From a virus (taxonomy: Duplodnaviria; Caudoviricetes): a stretch of 37,122 nt of DNA. The first letter of the stretch is position 1. Each line of letters starts with the position of its first letter. The stretch is taken from positions 1-37,122 of IMG/VR virus record IMGVR_UViG_3300005611_000086. One strand, written 5' to 3'. The notes below the pieces were generated by a model that was given only the letters and a program-made list of their open reading frames with translations, did no database searches and had not been told where the DNA came from. A program made the position numbers and the translations under genes. This document shows positions 8,487 through 17,313 of the stretch, one piece after another.

Positions 8487-9492
8487 GAGTGCAATCAACT
8501 TCAACATGGATCTTTCAGATGGGCGTGATGCTCAATACATCGTTCCAATGCTGATGGGTGGCGCTGGCCTTGGTAAGACAACCATGGTCAAAGGCGCAAC
8601 TTCCCGTGTCGCAGAGCAGCGCGAGGTTCCAATGGAATGCCGCATTGTTTCTCTGGCGCAGTATGACCCGACAGAAATTGCGGGTTGGACAATCCCTTCA
8701 GAGGATCGCAGCCATATGGTGCGGATGCGCCCAGACTGGATGCCGACAGATGGCTATGGCGTCATCTTTTTGGATGAGCTACCGCAAGCCATTGTGGCGT
8801 GTCAGAACATTGCAGCGCAGATCACAAACGAGCGCCGTGTGGGGCCGCATCACTTGCCTGATGGCTGGGTTGTGGTTGCCGCTGGTAACCGCATGTCGGA
8901 CCGCGCTGGCACAAACCAGATGCCCTCTCACTTGAAGGACCGTATGATGTTCTTGGAGATCGAAGCGGATCTTGATGACACGATGTCATATTTCAACTCT
9001 GTGGGTGTTGACTTTCGCGTCAACTCTTTCCTGCGCTTTCGCCCTGAGTACCTGCACAAGTTCGACAGGGATGCCAATGCTTGCCCATCACCGCGTTCAT
9101 GGGAGCGTGTTGGCTCGATCCTATCATGGGGTCTTGATCCTGTGTGCCAGCTTGAAGCTATCGCTGGGCAGGTTGGTCGCGCAGCCGCTGCCGATTTCAA
9201 TGGGTTCTTAAAGATCCATGAAACGTGCCCTGATATCGACGCGCTGATTGCAGATCCCATGGGGTCCGATATCGCAGACGATCCAGCCGTTGCCTACGCA
9301 ATCACGGCAAACCTTGCGTTCCGCATGACCGACAAGAACGCGCATAACATCATCAAATATTTGATGCGCTTGCCACAGAAAGAGTTCGCTGTGTTCTGTG
9401 TCAAGGATGCGCTGAGCCGCAACAAAGACCTCAAGAAGGTCAAAGCGGTGCGCGATTGGATCATGACAGAAGGTCGTCACATGATCCTTTAA
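8455..9492 (+). CDS. MoxR-like AAA+ ATPase
   Basis: Walker A GGAGLGKT, Walker B IFLDE, VVAAGN sensor, LKDRM arginine-finger region, PSPRSWE; RBS GAGGAG. Confidence 0.92.
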   Translation: MKLSQAQTIVESAINFNMDLSDGRDAQYIVPMLMGGAGLGKTTMVKGATSRVAEQREVPMECRIVSLAQYDPTEIAGWTIPSEDRSHMVRMRPDWMPTDGYGVIFLDELPQAIVACQNIAAQITNERRVGPHHLPDGWVVVAAGNRMSDRAGTNQMPSHLKDRMMFLEIEADLDDTMSYFNSVGVDFRVNSFLRFRPEYLHKFDRDANACPSPRSWERVGSILSWGLDPVCQLEAIAGQVGRAAAADFNGFLKIHETCPDIDALIADPMGSDIADDPAVAYAITANLAFRMTDKNAHNIIKYLMRLPQKEFAVFCVKDALSRNKDLKKVKAVRDWIMTEGRHMIL

Positions 9493-9510
9493 AAGTTCAA
9501 TAGAACTTTT

Positions 9511-9534
9511 GTGGGTATGTCGAATCATACCCAC
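9511..9534. terminator. Intergenic hairpin
   Basis: GTGGGTATG-TCGAAT-CATACCCAC, a perfect 9-bp stem right after the palindrome copy at 9495-9506. Confidence 0.5.
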
Positions 9535-9573
9535 CACCAATTTTTGTAACCTTGAACTTTTGGGGGAATAATT

Positions 9574-9699
9574 ATGAAGTGCAATAAATGTGATGCGTCT
9601 GCCCTGTGCCACTATGAAAACAGATGGTGGTGCGCTGCGTGTTGGTTGAAATCATTTGGTCCAAGTGGTCCAAAAAATGTGAGGAAAAAGTATGAGTGA
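9574..9699 (+). CDS. Small zinc-finger protein (41 aa)
   Basis: Not in track: MKCNKCDASALCHYENRWWCAACWLKSF...; CxxC...CxxC; RBS GGGGGA. Confidence 0.65.
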   Translation: MKCNKCDASALCHYENRWWCAACWLKSFGPSGPKNVRKKYE

Positions 9700-9877
9700 T
9701 GCTGTTGTAATGAATATCTATGAAATCTTTGTTGAGGAGAGACAAGTCTTCTCTTTGAAGGTCGAAGCATTGACATCCGACGATGCTGCGAGAGAGGTCG
9801 AAGAAAGATATCGGGAAAATTATCTAAAGTTTAAACGCGATGCCACATACCATGATGGCAACGTAGAATTTCTGTAG
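9692..9877 (+). CDS. Hypothetical protein
   Basis: 61 aa; RBS GAGGA. Confidence 0.7.
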   Translation: MSDAVVMNIYEIFVEERQVFSLKVEALTSDDAAREVEERYRENYLKFKRDATYHDGNVEFL

Positions 9878-9889
9878 AGGAGAGTTCAG

Positions 9890-11020
9890 ATGGATGAACA
9901 AACAAAAGTATCGCGCTCTATCACGCGCCTTGTGATATCGCACCCGTTCTTTGGGTCAATGGCCCTGAGCCTCAAGATCGAGGCTGACGAAGACATCCCA
10001 ACCATGTGTACCGATGGCAAGTTCATCAAGTGGAACCCTGATTTTGTGGCGAACATGTCAGAAGAGGAGACCACTGGGGTGATGGCGCATGAGGTCATGC
10101 ATGTTGGCATGAAGCACAACCTGCGGCGCGGTGATCGTGACCCAGAGCGCTGGAACATTGCGTGTGACTATGTGATCAACCCTATCCTGATTGAGGCTGG
10201 GTTCTCGCTTCCCGCTGGTGGCTTGTATGACGAACAGTATGCAGACCTTCCCGCTGAGCGTGTCTATGACATGCTGCCAGAGGACGTGTCGCACCTGTCA
10301 CAGGCTGGTGGCATGGGCGGGGTGATGGACACCACCAAAGAGGGTGGACAGGCACTGTCTGAGGCTGAGGTTAAGCAGATGGAAGCCGACATCAACTCCA
10401 AGGTCATGATGGCTGCGAATGGTGCCAAGTCTGTTGGCAAGCTGCCAGCATCTATTGAGGCCTTGGTGCAGCGCATGAAGCGCAACCAGATTGACTGGGA
10501 AGAGAAGGTGCAGCGTTTCATGGGTGGTGATCAGCCTGATGACTACTCAATGCGCCGCCCTAATCGTAAGATGTTCGATCAGGTTGGGGTGCTTGGCCCC
10601 AGCATCGTGGGCACTGGTTGCGGTGATGTCCTTGTGTGGATGGACAGTAGCGGCTCTGTGGCTGATCGTGAAAGTGAGTTCTTCTTGGGTGGGTTGAATG
10701 CAATCAGCCGTGACGTGAAGCCCAAGTCAATCACAGTGATCACATGTGATGCTGAGATCCAGAGCGTCAAGCGTTATGAAGAGGGCGAAGAGATCACCCT
10801 GTTCAGCAACAAAGGTCGGGGCGGTACATGTGTGCAGCCTGTGTTCAACTACATTGAGCAGCACAATCTCAATGTGGATAACATGATCTGCTTCACCGAC
10901 ATGGGGATCTTTGACTACCCAGATCGTGCGCCAGACTACCCAGTCTTGTGGGTGTCTTCATATTCTCGCGGCAAACCAGCGCCGTTTGGCGAGACCATTT
11001 ACCTAAACACGGGGGATTAA
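9890..11020 (+). CDS. Metallopeptidase plus VWA domain protein (DUF2201-like)
   Basis: TMCTDG, HEVMH zincin motif, WNIACDYVIN, MIDAS DSSGS, GRGGT, FTDM; the usual partner of MoxR-like ATPases. Confidence 0.92.
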   Translation: MDEQTKVSRSITRLVISHPFFGSMALSLKIEADEDIPTMCTDGKFIKWNPDFVANMSEEETTGVMAHEVMHVGMKHNLRRGDRDPERWNIACDYVINPILIEAGFSLPAGGLYDEQYADLPAERVYDMLPEDVSHLSQAGGMGGVMDTTKEGGQALSEAEVKQMEADINSKVMMAANGAKSVGKLPASIEALVQRMKRNQIDWEEKVQRFMGGDQPDDYSMRRPNRKMFDQVGVLGPSIVGTGCGDVLVWMDSSGSVADRESEFFLGGLNAISRDVKPKSITVITCDAEIQSVKRYEEGEEITLFSNKGRGGTCVQPVFNYIEQHNLNVDNMICFTDMGIFDYPDRAPDYPVLWVSSYSRGKPAPFGETIYLNTGD

Positions 11021-11308
11021 ATGGTGGGTGAAAGAACTCTCAATGGCACAAAGCTAAGAGCTTTGAGGCAAGCTAAGGGCATTGACCAGCAAACCATGGC
11101 TGGTGCCCTTGGCATAAGTCAAACCATGCTATCCAGATATGAAAGGGGATATCAAAAAAGTCATAGCGCAACAGTGCTTATTGATATCTGCAAATATTTG
11201 GGTGTCTCTTTAGATGATCTCTATGATCATGCGGATGAAGTGAAATCAAATCAAAGGCTAGACGTGCATGTATTCTTTCATGTCGTTGGCCCATATGAGG
11301 AGAAGTAG
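11021..11308 (+). CDS. XRE/Cro-family HTH regulator
   Basis: LRALRQAKGIDQQTMAGALGISQTMLSRYERG...ICKYLGVSLDDL. Confidence 0.9.
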   Translation: MVGERTLNGTKLRALRQAKGIDQQTMAGALGISQTMLSRYERGYQKSHSATVLIDICKYLGVSLDDLYDHADEVKSNQRLDVHVFFHVVGPYEEK

Positions 11309-11548
11309 ATGACTAACGAACTTAAATTTCTAATGGAGATGTTTGAGATCCATGTCTCTTACATCATGGATGAAAACCAAGCCCTCACATATGATGAGGC
11401 ACATGCCCTCGCATGGGAGCAGGGCAAGGATGGGCTGCTGCAATATCTCGATGCAGATATCAACACCAAATCTGAGCTAACCTCAAAGATAAGGCATCGA
11501 AGAGCCAACGATCCTACTGGGGAAGGGAGATACAATTATGCTAGCTGA
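11309..11548 (+). CDS. Hypothetical protein
   Basis: 79 aa; RBS GAGGAG. Confidence 0.7.
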   Translation: MTNELKFLMEMFEIHVSYIMDENQALTYDEAHALAWEQGKDGLLQYLDADINTKSELTSKIRHRRANDPTGEGRYNYAS

Positions 11549-11999
11549 ACTTTGCTTGGCACTGGCAGTGTATCATGAAGCCAGAGGCGAACCACTGATA
11601 GGGCAGAAGGCTGTCGCTGAGGTGGTGATGAACCGTGTTGCATCAGATAGGTTCCCAGACACGATATGCGAGGTCGTGATGCAGCCTAAACAGTTTTCGT
11701 TTGTCAGTCCTAATGGATGGGCTGGCATACCCACAGACCCAGATGTATGGGCTGACGCTGTGAACATATCTCAAGACGCGATAGGCAATCATCTTGATGG
11801 TCAATCATATTTTGCCAACAAGGCAATGCTGTATTATCATTCTACTGAGGTCAGCTTGGTGTGGACTAAAAGTTTATTTGAACTTTTTACCTTGGGGAAC
11901 CACACGTTTTACTCTGACCCTCTGACAAAAACCAGCAAGCCAAGGGAGAGACCTGTTGGAGATACAATTAGAAAGGATGATGGAGTTGGCAAAGGATGA
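11538..11999 (+). CDS. SleB/CwlJ-like cell wall hydrolase (Hydrolase_2)
   Basis: CLALAVYHEARGEP..GQKAVAEVVMNRV...FPDTICEVVMQPKQFS...YYH...W...LGNHTFY. Confidence 0.93.
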   Translation: MLAELCLALAVYHEARGEPLIGQKAVAEVVMNRVASDRFPDTICEVVMQPKQFSFVSPNGWAGIPTDPDVWADAVNISQDAIGNHLDGQSYFANKAMLYYHSTEVSLVWTKSLFELFTLGNHTFYSDPLTKTSKPRERPVGDTIRKDDGVGKG

Positions 12000-12285
12000 A
12001 GATCGTTTGCGTAAGCTGCGTGATGAACCAAACGCATGGCAAACGAGAAAGTTCTTGGGAACTACAGTGCATACGCCTGAGCATAAAATTGTGAACGTGA
12101 TGAGGCGCAGAACCTGTTGGACCACCCAAGAAATAAAAGACAGGGCCAAGCTGAAACTTGGAACAACCCTGCAAATTCTAAAGAAACTTGAGAAGCATGG
12201 CATTGTAAAATCAAACAGGCCAACAGAAGCAAGAGCAGTCATATGGGAGCTTAGTGATGAGCATAAAAAATCCAGAAGAGCTTAG
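11956..12285 (+). CDS. Winged-HTH hypothetical protein
   Basis: TTQEIKDRAKLKLGTTLQILKKLEKHGIV wHTH pattern; start uncertain. Confidence 0.7.
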   Translation: MEIQLERMMELAKDEDRLRKLRDEPNAWQTRKFLGTTVHTPEHKIVNVMRRRTCWTTQEIKDRAKLKLGTTLQILKKLEKHGIVKSNRPTEARAVIWELSDEHKKSRRA

Positions 12286-12454
12286 CCCGTTTCAAGAGGC
12301 TCAGTTAAAATTCTTTAGGCGTCAGGTTGATAATCTGCTTGATGAACAGCTTAGTCGTGACCCACGCCCCAACTTAGATAGAGAACTTTTCTATGCGAGA
12401 GAAGAGCTTGATCAATATGTCAAAGGTTTGAGGGAGATAGGGAAGTTAATATAA
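12254..12454 (+). CDS. Hypothetical protein
   Basis: 66 aa helical protein (LFYAREELDQYV..LR..G). Confidence 0.7.
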   Translation: MMSIKNPEELSPFQEAQLKFFRRQVDNLLDEQLSRDPRPNLDRELFYAREELDQYVKGLREIGKLI

Positions 12455-12479
12455 AAGTTCAAATGAACTAAAGGAGTGA

Positions 12480-13256
12480 GTGATGAATGAATATGATCCT
12501 TGGTTAGCGTACCAAAGAATACGCAAGAACAATACTGCCATCATCGACTATGTGTGCAGTCAGTATGGTATCACGGGCAAAGGCAAACAGCTTATGACCC
12601 TGAGAACATACGGTGCCCTGCAAAAGGGATTTGATAGTGACCCAGAGCTATGGGATCCTATACTCGAAAAGTATGGGCAAGGCGCAATAACAGATGCCAA
12701 CAGTTATCTGTCAGGCCTCAGAGGTAAAATACGAACCGCAAGATCTGCTTGGAAAGAATACAAGTTTTCAAACAAACTGCACAATGAGAAGGAAAGGAGT
12801 GTGCAGATTGCAGATACAATCCTCAATCAAACATATCCTTCTCAGGCTTTTGATGTTTATGGTGTAGACAGTCAGGCAGATGCTCCATCTTGGAAGTGTC
12901 GATCAACTTTCCTTTCAAGGTATTCTTCTCATGAGGTTCGTGTACCATTGTCATGGAACACAACTGTGTATGAAAAGGACATTGAGGTTGTGCAATCAGG
13001 CAAAGGCCCTCGCTTCATACTGCAAGCCAAGGAGCGCAAGATTGATCGTCTGAATGAAGACGACATATCCGCTTACAAATGTAAGGCCCTGTATGTTTAC
13101 AATGGCAACCTATTGGATGAAGATCTATGGGTATTGAAGGGCAGTGGATACAACCAAAATGTTATCGCGTGTGGTGAGGATTTTCTGATGACTGAAAGGC
13201 TGCTTCAGAGACGCATCAAAAAAGCCGTGATGAAGGCAATGGAATTGGAGACGTAA
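12480..13256 (+). CDS. Hypothetical protein
   Basis: 258 aa; RBS AAGGAG. Confidence 0.85.
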   Translation: MMNEYDPWLAYQRIRKNNTAIIDYVCSQYGITGKGKQLMTLRTYGALQKGFDSDPELWDPILEKYGQGAITDANSYLSGLRGKIRTARSAWKEYKFSNKLHNEKERSVQIADTILNQTYPSQAFDVYGVDSQADAPSWKCRSTFLSRYSSHEVRVPLSWNTTVYEKDIEVVQSGKGPRFILQAKERKIDRLNEDDISAYKCKALYVYNGNLLDEDLWVLKGSGYNQNVIACGEDFLMTERLLQRRIKKAVMKAMELET

Positions 13257-13484
13257 ATGAAGATGCCACATGAGGTAGAGCAAGAGATTGATGCGATAAG
13301 AGATTGGATCGATGTCAATAACGAAGTCCTTCCAAACTCTATGACGTTCAATCAGATGGTCGTGTTAATTGATGCTCTCATAGATATATATGAAATGAAT
13401 GATGCTAGAAAAAATATCTGTGATTGTGTTCACAAGATGGCTATACTCTATTCCATACTTGAGAATGAGCAATCAGTTCATTAG
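13257..13484 (+). CDS. Hypothetical protein
   Basis: 75 aa; RBS GGAG; last gene before the terminators. Confidence 0.7.
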   Translation: MKMPHEVEQEIDAIRDWIDVNNEVLPNSMTFNQMVVLIDALIDIYEMNDARKNICDCVHKMAILYSILENEQSVH

Positions 13485-13550
13485 TATTCTTCCTGATCGG
13501 GCGCACCTAAACAGTAAAAGTCCTGCCTTACTGGCCTAGCGCCCCAACTG

Positions 13551-13596
13551 CCCCTGACTGAGTGAGCTTTCGCACTCAATGGTCAGGGGTTTTTTT
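13551..13596 (+). terminator. Intrinsic terminator ending the early operon
   Basis: CCCCTGAC..TGAGTG..CACTCA..GTCAGGGG followed by T7. Confidence 0.75.
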
Positions 13597-13711
13597 CGCA
13601 AGCTATGAGTGCGATACAATGGCCTTCTGATAACCCTGTCTGGTCAGATCGTCATATAACCATAGCAGCCCAAGCCTAGTCTTTAAAGTTTCAACTTGGT
13701 GATTGGGTACT

Positions 13712-13739
13712 GGGGAGTAGCCACAACTGCTCCCCTTTT
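13712..13739 (+). terminator. Second intrinsic terminator
   Basis: GGGGAGTAG-CCACAA-CTGCTCCCC-TTTT. Confidence 0.55.
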
Positions 13740-13818
13740 AAAAAAAAGAGTGGCCCACCTTAGCAGAGCCACCCTTTAATTTGTAGAGTGAGGAGAGGCC
13801 CCATGAAAGCCTCAAGTC

Positions 13819-14019
13819 CTAGCTATCATTCAAATCTGTATCAGTCAAACTATTAAATAGCTTCTCAGATAATTGATTTATTACGACTATTGTTTCCCTG
13901 AGATTGAGTTCAACGCTGCAAGGCTTCCCGTCTTTCCATATATAAAGGACTGGACCCTTACTGCCATCCCTAACGGTCACAACTGTTTTAGAAAGGTAGT
14001 TCAATGTCCAACTCCTCAA
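13819..14019 (-). CDS. Hypothetical protein
   Basis: 66 aa overlapping the end of the primase-helicase; exact start uncertain. Confidence 0.55.
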   Translation of the reverse strand: MRSWTLNYLSKTVVTVRDGSKGPVLYIWKDGKPCSVELNLRETIVVINQLSEKLFNSLTDTDLNDS

Positions 14020-15775
14020 TGTCTATCTCTTCAAAGTTATCCTGATCTATCTTAACGGGATTTAAAAATGGGTCAGCATTCTTTTGTTGATAGCTGGAGG
14101 TGATGGTGTTGAAGTCAAGCTCAGTAAACCCCTGCTTACCAACCCAAGAGAACCGACACTTCCAGATGTGTATCTCTGATGACACTGAGTTCACTGGGTC
14201 TGGCCTATGCACAGACATTCCGACATCTGCCTTTGCAAACCATGCAGCAGATCCAGATATATCGTATCCCTTTGGCACTGGCACCTTACCGTCTTGGCCT
14301 CTCAGCATCTTTGCTGGGTGAGCGACGAACCATATGTGAATGTCATGAGCCTGAGCAAACACCCTGATCCTTGTAAGGATCTCCGATATCCATTCAGTTT
14401 CATTCTTATCGCTTGGTCTTTGGATGTAATTGTATGGGTCAATCACCGCACCTCGAATGCCATGGCGAAGGACAGCAATCTTTAATCTTTCAATGATGCT
14501 ATCTATTGAGGACAGTGACCCGTCAGCTTGGTACAAAAAAGAAAAGTGCGATTGAACAAATTTCTTACCCGCCTCTAGCTCACGTCTAGTCAACCTTTGA
14601 ACATTACCGTCAAAGAACGGCTTGCCCAGCCACTTACTTATGAGCTTGGCAATGTGTAGCCTTGGCTCATTCTCGAATGAACATATGCCAAACTTCCAAC
14701 TGGTTCTCTCAGCCATGTTGACCATGATCTGATCAACGAACTCAGACTTTCCTGACGATGGGTGACCAGTGACAATGGTGATCTGCCCACCAACAATAGT
14801 GTAGTAATTATCCACGTTGTCATAGCCAGTGCTTTCACCCTTGCCCATTCCCTTCTCATAGATCTCATCAACCTGATCATAGAAATGAGAGGCATCATAC
14901 AAACCAGCGACAGGCCACGGCTTACAACCCGTAACAATTTTATCAATACCGTCCCTGCCATACTTGATTAGAACGTCATTGGCATCCTTACAGTCTTCTG
15001 GAAACTCCACCTTCCAGCACACGTCTTTGCCTATGCGCCTTGCAATTTCCTCTGCCATTGCCTGACCAGCTTCGTCGTTGTCAGTGGCAATCACAATCCT
15101 GTCAGCATTTTCTAGCTGCTTCTTGGCATCCCAAAGAAATTTGAATTTGTTATCGTCAGCGGGGTCAATCTTTTTATCAACCACCTTCATCACTGCCCCG
15201 TTGGGCACAGATACTACGCTGTCATAGCCCGTCTCCATAAAGGCCAGTGCATCCATCTCCCCCTCGCAAATGATAATCCAATCATTCAGTTCTACATTCT
15301 CCAGATTGAAGAAGGATTGGGGTGACCCGTTGCACGAAAATCCTTTGTCAGTTATTGACCTGATCTTTGATGCGTATACGTGACCGTTGTTTTTGTATGG
15401 GAATGTTATGCATTCTGTCTCAGACCCGATAGACTGGATCCAATGATTGACTGATTTCAATCCAGCCTTGGTTGCCGTTTCCTCTGATATGCCCCTGCTC
15501 TTTAACCAAGAAACTGCCCCATCAGACAGGTTCGTTTCATTGATTTGCTTAGCGACAATCATAGGCCTTACGTTCTCCCTGACCTGATCTTTTAAAAATA
15601 CATAACCTTCTGAGTTGCAGTGCCAACATTGGTACACTGCCATTTCTGTTTCAACCTTTAACGAAAGGGTTTTATTTTTTTTCTTGCGGCTATGGCTGCA
15701 AGTTGGACATGCTATTTTGTGTTGACCTGTTCCCAACTTGAAAGCCTCGCCACGAACTTTTAGTTCGATTGACAT
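13988..15775 (-). CDS. Bifunctional DNA primase-helicase (Twinkle/T7 gp4-like)
   Basis: Zn ribbon CPTC...CWHC, TOPRIM ICEGEMD and DNDEAG, KDAND, Walker A GHPSSGKS, IDPYN, VAHP, ISGSAAW, KCRF. Confidence 0.95.
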   Translation of the reverse strand: MSIELKVRGEAFKLGTGQHKIACPTCSHSRKKKNKTLSLKVETEMAVYQCWHCNSEGYVFLKDQVRENVRPMIVAKQINETNLSDGAVSWLKSRGISEETATKAGLKSVNHWIQSIGSETECITFPYKNNGHVYASKIRSITDKGFSCNGSPQSFFNLENVELNDWIIICEGEMDALAFMETGYDSVVSVPNGAVMKVVDKKIDPADDNKFKFLWDAKKQLENADRIVIATDNDEAGQAMAEEIARRIGKDVCWKVEFPEDCKDANDVLIKYGRDGIDKIVTGCKPWPVAGLYDASHFYDQVDEIYEKGMGKGESTGYDNVDNYYTIVGGQITIVTGHPSSGKSEFVDQIMVNMAERTSWKFGICSFENEPRLHIAKLISKWLGKPFFDGNVQRLTRRELEAGKKFVQSHFSFLYQADGSLSSIDSIIERLKIAVLRHGIRGAVIDPYNYIQRPSDKNETEWISEILTRIRVFAQAHDIHIWFVAHPAKMLRGQDGKVPVPKGYDISGSAAWFAKADVGMSVHRPDPVNSVSSEIHIWKCRFSWVGKQGFTELDFNTITSSYQQKNADPFLNPVKIDQDNFEEIDIEELDIELPF

Positions 15776-15861
15776 GGCTGGTTCCTCTTCTCTACCCCGC
15801 CAAGGTAGAATATAATTACTGCCCCAGTCAACCAGAAACTTTCAAAGAAATCAAAGGCCTA

Positions 15862-15960
15862 TATCTAGTAGGTATATAACTGTTAAGTTCTATATCTATT
15901 AAAGGTATATAATTGTTAAAGGTATATACCAGTTATTATATATATATATATATTATATAT
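15862..15960. repeat. AT-rich iteron-like element B (inverted homologue of element A) plus (TA)n tract
   Basis: AGGTATATAACTGTTAA (15870-15886), TTAAAGGTATATAATTG (15899-15915), TTAAAGGTATATACCAG (15916-15932); 17-bp period; followed by a TA run. Confidence 0.85.
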
Positions 15961-16333
15961 CTGGCAGATTTTTTATGTCACATGAAGAAACTCTAATTAA
16001 AGTTCGAGGGTTCTCACGATCCAAGCCCCAGTAAATAAACTTTTGTTTTACCTGCCTGTCGTTTGCATAGATTTTGTCTTGCATACAATCGAGAATAAGG
16101 CTCTCATCAAGGTCTGGTCTGCGTGTTGCGTAGTAGATTATCATCTCTACCTTCACGTCATCTTTCGTTGGGCAGTCAAGCACTGGACACTGCTTTGCGA
16201 AGGCATCGACATACCCTCTGGCCTTGGCAGATTTTATAAATGCTGGCCTACCCCTGATGACAACAGCCTTGCGGCTGTTAGCCTTGGATGCTGGCTCCCC
16301 AAGAATTGAAAAACTTATGTTAAAACTTCCCAT
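15953..16333 (-). CDS. rusA: RusA-like Holliday junction resolvase
   Basis: GEPASKANSR, RRPDLD..LILDCMQ..IYANDRQV, NPRT; start set at ATG 16333 with RBS GGGGGA. Confidence 0.85.
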   Translation of the reverse strand: MGSFNISFSILGEPASKANSRKAVVIRGRPAFIKSAKARGYVDAFAKQCPVLDCPTKDDVKVEMIIYYATRRPDLDESLILDCMQDKIYANDRQVKQKFIYWGLDRENPRTLIRVSSCDIKNLPDI

Positions 16334-16354
16334 GTATTCCCCCAAAAAGAACTA

Positions 16355-16383
16355 TTGCCATCTAAGATGGACTATGGTATTCA
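16355..16383 (+). promoter_or_regulatory. Putative promoter with overlapping operator for the recombination operon
   Basis: TTGCCA-17 bp-TATTCA with a TG extension; palindrome CCATCT-A-AGATGG (16358-16370) overlaps it; lies in a divergent intergenic region. Confidence 0.5.
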
Positions 16384-16404
16384 ACCTAACAGTAGGAGTG
16401 AGAA

Positions 16405-17313
16405 ATGAAAATAACAAATAATTACGGGCTTCCTGACCCGTTCATGAACTTTGTAAAGAATGACAAATACACAAGGGGCAAGGCTGATATCAGTGTGACT
16501 ACGCTGATCGACAGCCCTCGCATCAGGTTACTTGTTGATGATCACAAAGATAAACTGGAGTCAGATCTTGTTGATATGATCTGGCCTATCTTTGGAACGG
16601 CAGTGCATTCTGTTTTAGAAAGTTCAATAGAACAAAAAAATACCATAGTGGAGGAGCGTCTATACGCATCCTGCAATGATTGGACTTTATCGGGTGCCCT
16701 TGACCATCAAGAGATCCTTGAAGACGGGCGCATCAGGGTAACTGACTATAAGGTTACATCTGTCTGGTCTGTAATCCATGGTAAAAAAGAATGGGAGTAT
16801 CAACAGAACTGCTACGCTTGGTTACTCAGGCAGAACGGCAAGGATGTTGAAAGCATCAGGATCTGTGCAATCTTGAGGGATTGGCAGAAGCGTAAGGCTG
16901 CAACTGATAGCGACTATCCAAGCGCACCTGTTGTCATCATTGATCTTCCATTGTGGACACGGGATGAGTGTCAGAAATATGTAGAGGAAAGAATGTCTCT
17001 GCATCAAGAGGCGCAAATAAATTATGATATCCACGGTGAACTGCCTTTGTGTTCAGAGGCAGAGAAGTGGGAGCGCCCAACAACCTACGCTGTAATGGCG
17101 AAGGGAAAGAAGAGAGCCATCAGGGTTTTGGATACTCAGTTTGAGGCTGATGCCTACCTTGAGGGATTTAAATCAACCAGTGCGCTGGACCCAAAACACC
17201 TAACCATTGAAGCCAGAAAGGGCGAGAAGGTCAGGTGCGCTGGATACTGTTCAGTGTCACACTTATGCGATCAATATTTGAAGGAGAGTGAGGAAGATGA
17301 GTACAGCAATTAA
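16405..17313 (+). CDS. PD-(D/E)XK (Cas4/RecB-like) exonuclease
   Basis: GTAVH, EERL, SGALD, DYKVT, YQQNCY, C-terminal RCAGYCSVSHLC; RBS AGGAG. Confidence 0.88.
   Translation: MKITNNYGLPDPFMNFVKNDKYTRGKADISVTTLIDSPRIRLLVDDHKDKLESDLVDMIWPIFGTAVHSVLESSIEQKNTIVEERLYASCNDWTLSGALDHQEILEDGRIRVTDYKVTSVWSVIHGKKEWEYQQNCYAWLLRQNGKDVESIRICAILRDWQKRKAATDSDYPSAPVVIIDLPLWTRDECQKYVEERMSLHQEAQINYDIHGELPLCSEAEKWERPTTYAVMAKGKKRAIRVLDTQFEADAYLEGFKSTSALDPKHLTIEARKGEKVRCAGYCSVSHLCDQYLKESEEDEYSN

Noticed and set aside
3960-15960. Invertible segment bounded by elements A and B
   Set aside because: No site-specific recombinase is visible, the copies are diverged, and inversion would separate terS from terL and rusA from the primase. 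It is kept only as a test in the finding.
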